NCBI RefSeq assembly: GCF_001194135.2
Contig: NC_068991.1
Location: forward strand, 8,412,526 to 8,476,525
Length of the DNA: 64,000 bases
Direction: 5' to 3'
Origin: Octopus bimaculoides
Lineage: Eukaryota
Of this stretch, positions 35,759-45,006 are shown one piece after another. A program made the position numbers and the translations under genes. Within the stretch, counting starts at the first letter, position 1. Each line of letters starts with the position of its first letter. The notes under the pieces are model-generated. The model made no database searches and had not been told where the DNA came from. It saw only the letters and a program-made list of their open reading frames with translations.

Positions 35759-36029
35759 TATTTTCCTGGTAATGGCATCCCAACTGGTCAGAATCTTACT
35801 GATGGTTTCCAGCCAGATCTTCAGAGATGCTGGATGCACTCACCTCCCCTCTTTTATGTGGGGGGTAAATATATAGTCCTGCCATAACCAAGAATTTAAA
35901 AGTATAATCACCCACTTTCTCTTGTACGGTGCTTTTTCTTTGACTTATGGACCACTAACCAATACATGTATGTATATAAATAATGCACCCACACACACAC
36001 ATATATATGTGTGTGTGTGTGTAGATTTG

Positions 36030-36066
<37 letters not shown>

Positions 36067-36359
36067 GTGTGTGTGTATATATATTTGTATATCATCATAT
36101 TTATATATATACATATGTATGTATATGTTTACATATATAAATATATATATGCATATATGTATATATATATATATATTCATTCATATGTATATATATATAT
36201 ATATATTCATTCATATGTATATATACATATGTATGTATATGTATATATGCATATATGTATGTATATATATATATATTCATTCATATGTATATATATATAT
36301 ATATATTCATTCATATGTATATATACATATGTATGTATATGTATATATACATATGTATG

Positions 36360-36395
<36 letters not shown>

Positions 36396-36473
36396 CATAT
36401 ATATATGCATATCTATGTATATATAAATATATATCTGTATTTATATATAAATATATATATGTATACACATGTA

Positions 36474-36513
<40 letters not shown>

Positions 36514-36562
36514 CATACATACACACACACACACATGTATTCGTATGGAAAAGATACATGAA

Positions 36563-36595
<33 letters not shown>

Positions 36596-36705
36596 GATCA
36601 CAGAATGAAAGTAAGAAAAAGCGAATAACTTTCCAAATTTATTTCTGCATTTCTCTGCCTTATCTTTCTTTTTCAGCTTTAGTAGCTTCACTTTACCAGT
36701 TCTAG
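35759..36705 (+). CDS. Candidate last two coding exons of an unrecognised gene (35759-35864 + 36677-36705)
   Basis: Spliced reading [44 protein letters not shown]. The phase-1 donor gtaaat joins a long-polypyrimidine acceptor; AATAAA at 36991. No homolog recognised and upstream exons not established. Confidence 0.4.
35985..36596. repeat. Long compound microsatellite with higher-order (TA)n-TTCATTCATATG units repeated four times
   Basis: Direct reading; higher-order units at about 36165-36320. Confidence 0.95.
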
Positions 36706-37279
36706 CACTTTACCATCCTCCGTCCTACAGGTCAACTCATATCAACCTGTTGTCAATCATTTGTAGAAAGGAAATATAAATATGTTGATGTTGTGATACA
36801 GTCATTTGTAATCCTTGTATTTATGTATCCATTACCCATTTTATTCTTTGTTTTGTTTTTTTAAACATATTTTGTTGTTTTTTTCTTCTTCAAAATACCC
36901 AATATTGTTGTATTTTTACAAAACACTTTTTTTATTATTATTTCATAAATCTAAACCTAATGTACAATTCATTTAATACTTTATAAATGGAATAAATAAA
37001 TGCATTCCTTTGAAGTAGTTTGTTGTTATTGTTTATCACCAGTTTAGCTTTAATTAAGCAGAGCTATAATCAAAGCAATCCAGCCATGACAACCTTGTCC
37101 TATACTCGAGATTCCCAAGACTACATTATGTAAGTGTGTCCACCTATGCACCCCTTCTGTTTTTTTTGGTTTGGTCTGGGGTACAAATGGGTTCTGCAAG
37201 CCTATGATTGCTGATATTGATGCAGAGAATATTTCAAATCAACTGTTGTAAGAAAGACATCAGCTAGGAGGGAATCCAG

Positions 37280-37575
37280 AGAAGCAATGAGTTGTCTCCA
37301 TTTTGTCCCATTCATTTTTTTTTCCCTTCTTATACAGGTGACTCTCATCTGTAAGTGTTTCACGAATATCTTCTGTGGCCTTTCTCTCTTTCTACAGCTA
37401 CCCTCCACCACCCAGCCCTCGGCAATGCAAGCTGGTCTATATTCAGGCAGATGTAAAATGTACCCTGCAAATCTGATTTTGTTCTCGACAATATCTTGCA
37501 GACCTTCCTGATGCACTCTCGTCATCACTTCTTTGTTGGTCATACAATGTAGACTAATAATTTTCTCAAACAATA
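37280..37575 (-). mobile_element. Old RTE-like LINE RT C-terminal fragment
   Basis: ISLHCMTNKEVMTRV…IRFAGYILHLPEYRPA…RKRERPQK. Confidence 0.62.
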
Positions 37576-38779
37576 ACAATTAATTTTTTGTTAATTGTTA
37601 TTGTTTTATTTTAAATATCACAAGGTATCCATCACACAAACAATAACAATGTATACATCATCATCATCATCATTGTCCAGCATCCGTTTTCCACCCTGGC
37701 ATAGGTTAGATGGTTCAACAGGAGCCGGTGAGGCAGAGAACTGCAGCAAAATCTGATATCTGCAGTAGCATGGTTTCTGCTAGCTGGACGTCATTCCTAA
37801 TGCACTTTACGGAATATATTGGGTGCTTCTTATAGGCACCAAGTAGCTAGCGAGACAAGACCTCCTCAGCTGAAGTATTGAAGAGAGGTGATAAGAGGCT
37901 AAAGTATAATAGAGGGACAGGAACAGGTGTCTTGGTGTAAGGGAAATATTTGGCTTTTCCAGTAGGAAAAGAAAGATGGTGGTGTAGATACCATTAAAAT
38001 CCATGTAATTTACACACTTTCACAAAAATAAAAATAAACTTTAGAGGGTGTGTAAATTACACGAGTAGACCATTTCCAGAATTTTTTTGAAATTGTTTTT
38101 GTTGGAAAAAAAAAATGTACAAAATGTAAACATTCGTACCAGAAGTTGACTCATTTAATGTTGGAATAGGTTTCTACAGAAAAAAATAATGGCTTAAATA
38201 TAATGAAGTTGAGTTTTATTTATACTGGATGGTATAATGCTTACTTTTTCTGTATAAATTTACTAAAACCTCAAATGTTTAACTACTTTTTCAAGAGAGC
38301 TTGATCTTCATGAGTAGTAAGTGTGAGATATGGGACAGTTTTCTGTCCTGGAAATTTTGTTCTTCTGAACTAACTGCATATTGCTTTTCTCTTTGTCCAA
38401 GTCTCATCTCTTCCTGTCACTCATACTAGGTCTCTCTTCTCAGGTTCTGCACTATACACTTATAGAAATTGGGGTGAAGAGGATAGAGGATTAAGTCATG
38501 ACTTGGATAAACAGAAGATACAGGATAAAAGATTAAGCAACAGTCTTAGATATCTTAAGTAACTAAATTGTTATTTGATAATTATTTTTTATTATAATCA
38601 CTCCATATAACATTACAAATCTTTTAATATCATCTCAGTAAATTTCTAACATCGGGGATGGGGGTGGGGGCAAATACCTTCAACTTGGTTGGTTATCAGT
38701 TGAAGACTTTATTGAAACCCTCTTCTCAAGTCAAAGTTAAGACTAAAAGTAGCATAAAATCCAAAGCAAACTGCTTCAT

Positions 38780-39095
38780 AATTAGCAAGTCAAACTTTAA
38801 TCATAAAACACATTCATTAATTAGGAAAAGTGTGTAAATTTGATCAGTGGAGCCCTCATCATCTGACAGCTTCATCAAAGAGGTGTCCTCTGCTCGTCAT
38901 TGAAGAGTAGACTTACTACCAAACCTTCTCTAGGTAGAATCCACACAAGTAATGAAAAGTAGGTTCTTTGTAATTGTATCTAATGGAAACAACAATGGTT
39001 TGCATCCAATGAAAAAGGAGATTCCATCACCAAACCAGGCTACATCTGAACAAAAAGTGATCCTTTCTTGCTGGTGAGATCTGAAAGGTGTTGTT
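38780..39095 (+). mobile_element. Decayed mariner (Tc1/mariner) transposase fragment
   Basis: Frameshifted remnants of LGKV.KFDQWSPHHLT (WVPHEL motif) and KPG.H..KVILSCW.DLKGVVFYQV. Confidence 0.75.
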
Positions 39096-39237
39096 TTCTA
39101 TCAAGTGTCAGGTTCTGGAACTGTCTTCAGGCTGTGGTGGAAGCTGAGGGTAGCTGCTTCCGAGTAAACTAAAACCAAATGCTCGAAGCAGAAAGTATTA
39201 TCAATTTGAAGCATTGCAGAAAAGAAAGCATTCATCA

Positions 39238-39612
39238 TTGTTTCATTTGACTGCAGCCATGCTGGAGCACTGCCTTTAGTTGAGAAAATCAACCCCAGGA
39301 CTTATTCTTTGTAAGCCTAGTACTTATTCTATCGGTCTCTTTTTGCTGAACCACTAAGTTACAGGGACGTAAACACACCAGCATCGGTTGTCAAGCGATG
39401 GTGGGGGGGAACAAACACAAACACACGTACATATATATATACATATATACGATTCTTTCAGTTTCCGTCTACCAAATCCACTCACAAGGCTTTGGTCGGC
39501 CTGAGGCCATAGTAGAAGACACTTGCCCACGGTGCCACACAGTGGGACTGAACCCAGAACCATGTGGTTGGTAAGCAAGCTACTTACCACACAGCCACTC
39601 CTGTGCCTATGA
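39238..39612 (-). mobile_element. SINE family B, full length
   Basis: Head gcacaggagtggctgtgtggtaagtagcttg…ggttctgggttcagtccc (A/B boxes). Confidence 0.87.
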
Positions 39613-40692
39613 TTATTTATTTTTACATTGTATGGCCTGAACTGGTCTAAACATATAATTGGTAGAAGACTTGGACTGGATATGGCAGGTTTAGATACAA
39701 AAGGGTTAAGATTTTATAAAAAGCAAAACAAACCAAAACCGTATGGTGACACAAAAAATGAAATAATGTCAAACTGTGAATACAGGTACTTGTAGCTGCT
39801 AATTGTAGCGTAGTCACTTCAACTTCTCTTCTTCTTTCAGGCTTGGAAACAGGTGAAGCTTGGCAACAGGAAAGGCATCCAGCTGTAGAAAATCTGCCTC
39901 ATCAAATTCCGTTTGACCAACAAGCATGAAAAAGTGGACATTAAATGATGAAGATGATGATGCAGTATAACCTAAGGCGTTATTCAACATGTCCTCTTTC
40001 TAGCAGGCTGAGTAACAATGTAAAGGTTCATAGCTGCTAGAATACCGAACAATCAGTACAAGCATGAGCTAGAGGAGGACTCTAAGTGGTCACTCAACCT
40101 GCTAGAAATAACAGCTAAACCTTCTTCAAATTATATCTCACCCACTTTAAAAAATGGGTACAATGGATAAAGCAATTCTAGATATACAAAAAGACAGAGT
40201 GGTCATACTTGGAATGGCTTCATTCATAGACTTACTCAATCAGGACAAATGTGAGGCCCAATGACAACAATTACAAACACAATCATAAAATTGTTTTTAC
40301 TTTACAAAATGCAATTTTTTTAATGTAAAAGTAATACTAAAATGTTAGAGAATGAATTTCAAAGTGAGATGTCTTGTATATAAGACAACTCTGAGCAACT
40401 TGATTAATCAAAAATTTACACTTTAGAATATATTTTAGTTCTTAAAAAACGTCTTAACCCTAATACTGCACAAATCAGATATATCCATTCAAAATTTCAT
40501 TACCCTTAAGTGCAGAAAGCAGTTTTGTATAACAATTATCATTTGTTGGGGAATGTTATATTTGAAACTAGTTTTTGTTGAGATATGTCAAATTTATTGA
40601 GGCAATGTGACTTGCAGAAAACAACCAATTCTATATTTTGGTAGATGTTTAACATCATTACTAGAATAACCATGAAATTTAACTTTGCAGTT

Positions 40693-41061
40693 GTTGGCAC
40701 TCTGTCGAGGGTTCCAGTTGATCCGATCAATGGAACAGCCTGCTCGTGAAATTAACGTGCAAGTGGCTGAGCACTCCACAGACACGTGTACCCTTAACGT
40801 AGTTCTCGGGGATATTCAGCATGACACAGTGTAACAAGGCTGACCCTTTGAATTACAGGCACAACAGAAACAGGAAGTAAAAGTGAGAGAAAGTTGTGGT
40901 GAAAGAGTACAGCAGGATTCGCCACCATCCCCTGCCGGAGACTCGTGGAGCTTTAGGTGTTTTCGCTCAATAAACACTCACAACGCCCGGTCTGGGAATC
41001 GAAACCGTGATCCTATGACCGCGAGTCCGCTGCCCTAACCACTGGGCCATTGCGCCTCCAC
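40693..41061 (-). mobile_element. Young full-length tRNA-derived SINE with target-site duplication
   Basis: A box TGGCCCAGTGG, B-box-like GGTTTCGATTCCC; flanks aactttgcagtt (40681-40692) and aattttgcagtt (41062-41073); CpGs intact. Confidence 0.88.
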
Positions 41062-42014
41062 AATTTTGCAGTTAATGGGTTAGAAAAAAGATATCATTTT
41101 TGTCCTAAAAATGATATTAAATAAAATTAGATCCATTATCACAAAGTATTACAACATTTGCTTCTTCCAGCAGATTAAACTAATAAGAATGTTTGGTTCT
41201 AAGAATCTAGTCAGTACTTGAAGTATTTCAGGAAGTTATTAAGCAGTCTTTTCAAATCTGAACCTAGCATAAATAATATTGTGTAGGGCAGATCAAAAAA
41301 TATCGACGATATTAAAAATCAGTGCTTTATAATATTAGGCAAAAAGGCCTCGCATTAATTCATAAAAAATGTATTGTTCATGATGTAAAATGGAAAAGGT
41401 ATTATAGGAAAACTATTAATTTTTTTCTGCGGGGGAAAAAAGATGTTCTCAAACTCAGTTCATGTAGTTTAGCATTCAAGTGGGCATCAAGACATGAATA
41501 ACGTATACAATAACTGTGGTTCACAAGGACTTCGTGTTGGTAATCAGAATATAGACTACCATTGAAAACTCTATGGACGACAAAACAACTAATGTTCAAT
41601 TTGTTAAGGGCTATGGTGAATGCTTCAAGGAAAATCTTTTTTTGATACCATTATTTCCATCTGTTTTATTGATTTGTCAGCAGATAAAAGAGCAGTGTTG
41701 GCTCAAGCATGCAGCATACTAAAAGGAAGGAAACATGTATGTTGATCAAGAAATCCTTGATGAAATATGCACTCATAAAAACTCTTGAGTAAGGACTTCT
41801 GTGAGGCACTTTTTCGGTGGGGGAGCTCCAAGATATAACTTGTAAAATTTGATTCAATCAAGTGTATATATAATCAGTGTTTCCGAAATACCAGTAAAAA
41901 GGAAAATTTTCAATAAAGTTCAATAATGTTGTCCCACAGTAAAATGTCCATCCAAGTAAAACTCTAGTTGCAAGAAGTCCTTTATATCAAGATGATAATA
42001 ATAATAATAACGGC

Positions 42015-42226
42015 TTCAAATTTTGCCGCAAGAGCAGCCACTTTTGTGGGGGAGGAGATAAGTCGAATACATCGACCCCAGTATTTCACTGGTACTTAAT
42101 TTATCGACCTCCAAAGGATGACAGGCAAAGTCAACCTGGGCGGAATTTGAACTCAGAACGTTGCGGCAGACGAAATACCACGAAGCATTCTGGTCGACAT
42201 GCTAACAATTCTGCCAGTTCGCCACC
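42015..42226 (-). mobile_element. SINE family A (CpG-rich copy)
   Basis: Full consensus match, flanked by (AAT)n. Confidence 0.85.
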
Positions 42227-42399
42227 TTCTTAATAATAATAATAATAATAATAATAAAAATAATAACAACAAAAGGTCTAGTGGTAATCTGTGGTAGTAC
42301 AACAATTAACATCCAGGTAAGGCACGAGCAAAAATAGTGCAAAACACAGACACAGGTCAAGAGAACAAAGTCAATATAATACTGTAAAGGGAGGGAAGA

Positions 42400-42438
42400 G
42401 AAATCAACATTTTGGATAGATATCCTTCGTCAGGGCTT
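42400..42438 (-). ncRNA. Degenerate minimal hammerhead motif in a probable Penelope-like fragment (about 42280-42680)
   Basis: Minus strand gcc-CTGACGA-a-ggat(atct)atcc-AAAA-TGTT-gattt; GAAA>AAAA and ACGT>ATGT are both CpG-decay-type changes. Confidence 0.45.
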
Positions 42439-43031
42439 GAGGAAAGAGAAGAGAAAGGGTGGAAACTGATGTTGTATTAGAGATATAACATGTTAGAAAG
42501 GCAGAAGGTGTAACAAAAAAACAAAGGCGTTTTTCAGTAGCGAGACGTGAGAGTAAAATAAAGGGAGTGAGTATATGTGACAAGCCTGGAGAAAGTAGGT
42601 TTTTAAATGTGTTTGAGGGAACAGGGAGTCGAGGAAAGAATGTGTGTGTAAGCTCTCATTGAAATGTAACTCCGATCTAGTACTAATCGGGTTGAGTCAC
42701 ACGACATAGAAAGTCTGTAAAACATAAAAAGTATGCAGCGCTATAATATGAAAGTTGTACATTTGTCAGTATATATGCATTACATTTGAAATGTAATATA
42801 TAAGGATTAAAACAATATTTAGCTCGGAATGTTAATCTTGACAGATCAAAGTAGGTTATATTACTCGTGTCAATATAATTTACACAGAACATTCATGATA
42901 AACACGTGTGCTATAAAATGAATAAGAAAAAAAAAATTTTAAAGGGAGGAAGGGTTTCGTTTACATTTCCGCCGCGTGAACCTTTTTCGAGGAGTGGTGC
43001 GAAACCGCATAAACCCCGAAAAAATTCACTT

Positions 43032-44327
43032 TTAGTATATATAAGGAATAATTCGATATTTCACTTTACTACAATATTTCTTCCAGCTATTTCCATATTT
43101 CTTTTCACACGCAGCCGAATCTCGTCTCTCGCGATGGATTAATAAGATGATTAAATAAATTGGGTAAAAGTAAGGAATGATGCTTCCGAACCCACAGGTC
43201 AAAGACCAGCAGAGAGACATAATAATGTCTCCTAAATAGTTAGGTTTCTGGCACATGCCCCACCATCCAGATACTAATAATCGGCGATTGGTGGATGAAG
43301 TGGGGATACTTTGTAAATGCGCTACCGATTGATGTTTGGGATCACGTCTAAATGTATTTTTCTGGGAATTAGATGAACGGAAAATAAAGTAACCAATACA
43401 GTTTATGACAGTTAATGCAGTTAAAACATACCACGGAAGGCTGTGAGATTGCGTCATAAGGTATTTACCCTGTAGTGTATACAAAAATGGTACCCAGACG
43501 AGGTCACCAAAACACAACATGAAACCAAACCCATCAGAGGTTATATCGATAGTGGTTAATATAGCTTCTTCGAACCACAAAGCATCAACTATATAAAAGC
43601 CTTGGAAGATAGTTACAAGCAAGAGGGCAGGTGATGGCCCAAAATGATCAAAATAGGATTTTACAACAAAACTAAGGTTAATTATAACCCAGCCAATCAA
43701 TCCTGGACGCATTTCACAAAAGAATTTCAAATCGAAAGAACCGATCCTTGGATTGAGTTCATGTCCCATGAAAAAATCGTAAAACATATTCCCCGAGTTT
43801 CCATTCGGAGCTAGTTTTGAAGGTGCTACTTTCCAGGATCTTATGTAAAGTAAAATACTTGAAATGTAACTGAAAATTAAAGCAAATATCATCATTTGAA
43901 AAAACTTGTCGTAAATAATGCTAGCTGGGAAGCCCATGTGGACAGCAGCTACAAAACCAAATATAGATATTAATAAACTTAGGAAACCGTTACATCTGTA
44001 CTGAAGTCGTGACCCATCTCTTAATGGGACACCTAGGTACAATTTTCCAACAGGAAGTATAGCCAAGAAAGATTGGAATATCATCCAAAATAAAAACATC
44101 GACACTGCAGTCCAATCGAAAAAATACGTCCACCAGTTATAAATGAAAGGTAACTGACCGAATTTACATGTTTGTTCGTTACACATGAGATTCATAATAA
44201 TGACAATGCATGGCAAAGCTACAATGTTTACTGCAGTTCCCAAAATGCCACCAAATTCCAAATCAGTCGTTTTTTCTGTTTTGTTGGCACCTTTTTTATT
44301 TACACGGTTGTTTCTGTAAGTTTCCAT
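43032..44327 (-). CDS. LBR/TM7SF2-like: Intronless delta(14)-sterol reductase, LBR/TM7SF2 (ERG24) family, 431 aa
   Basis: Motifs LEFGG, GNMFYDFFMGHELNPRIG.FDLKFFCEMRPGLIGW, DGFGFMLCFGDLVWVPF, LLVSGWWG..KPNYLGD, HRERRD, KYG..WKKYC.KV.YRIIPYIY. ATG at 44327 in aacaatcATGg context. No Tudor/RS N-terminus. Confidence 0.96.
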   Translation of the reverse strand: METYRNNRVNKKGANKTEKTTDLEFGGILGTAVNIVALPCIVIIMNLMCNEQTCKFGQLPFIYNWWTYFFDWTAVSMFLFWMIFQSFLAILPVGKLYLGVPLRDGSRLQYRCNGFLSLLISIFGFVAAVHMGFPASIIYDKFFQMMIFALIFSYISSILLYIRSWKVAPSKLAPNGNSGNMFYDFFMGHELNPRIGSFDLKFFCEMRPGLIGWVIINLSFVVKSYFDHFGPSPALLLVTIFQGFYIVDALWFEEAILTTIDITSDGFGFMLCFGDLVWVPFLYTLQGKYLMTQSHSLPWYVLTALTVINCIGYFIFRSSNSQKNTFRRDPKHQSVAHLQSIPTSSTNRRLLVSGWWGMCQKPNYLGDIIMSLCWSLTCGFGSIIPYFYPIYLIILLIHRERRDSAACEKKYGNSWKKYCSKVKYRIIPYIY

Positions 44328-44399
44328 GATTGTTTTAACAATATTATATATTTTGATTTTTGAATGCAAGTTGGGGGAATTGATTTAAATGCGTCGGAA

Positions 44400-44633
44400 T
44401 CCCGAAGACATCCGCTGGATAATGTTTTTGTAAAGAAACAAACCACGAACTTCCGGTAGGCACGTGACTTCATTGCAGCCAATCAGAATTCATTTAGTCG
44501 GAAGGAAATTCGAAGATGGTGGTGCATGTTTGTCGTCTGCGGAGATAATGGTCAAACACTCGTATGAACTCAATTATTTAACTTCTTATAAAACGGACTG
44601 ACGTTATTTGTCGTTGAGTCTGAACAGAAATTA
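44400..44633. promoter_or_regulatory. Bidirectional promoter between the sterol reductase and PPP2R3C
   Basis: Divergent ATGs 306 bp apart. ETS-like CTTCCGGT 44450-44457, E-box CACGTGAC 44461-44468, CCAAT 44479-44483, CGGAAG 44499-44504, YY1-like AAGATGGTGG 44513-44522; CpG-rich. Confidence 0.75.
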
Positions 44634-44718
44634 ATGGCCATGACGCTGATAGACCAAGGGGTGAGAAACGTGGCAAATTTTCGGCGAAAATTAAAGAGAT
44701 GTCTTGAGATTAACACTG
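44634..44718 (+). CDS. PPP2R3C: PPP2R3C exon 1 (MAMTLIDQGVRNVANFRRKLKRCLEINT)
   Basis: Phase-1 donor G|gtaaaa matches the exon 2 phase; the start could be the ATG at 44634 or 44640. Confidence 0.75.
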
Positions 44719-44963
44719 GTAAAACAAAAACTTCCGTTAACTTAAGAATTCTAATTGCTGTCCGTTCTTGTTTTTATTTTATTCTAAATAAGAATCCTTT
44801 GTATTTACCGCTTAATCAATCGAACATTTATAATTATTATACACGATAAAGCCTGTTGTGAGACATGTTATTCGTCAGTGTTTGTTTACACATCAAGACC
44901 TCCCTAAACATTTGTGCATATTCCATTATGGCCTTAGATACCACCAATTCAACCTATCTGTTT

Positions 44964-45006
<43 letters not shown>

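Noticed and set aside
35908-36691. Many YI/CV/HT-rich ORFs up to 205 aa (also at 8-229, 25005-25308, 33812-34079)
   Set aside because: They are translations of TA/TG microsatellites.
40990-41058. tRNA-like sequence with A and B boxes
   Set aside because: It is the head of a SINE with a body and TSD, and lacks a full cloverleaf; no true tRNA, rRNA or CRISPR array was seen in the window.
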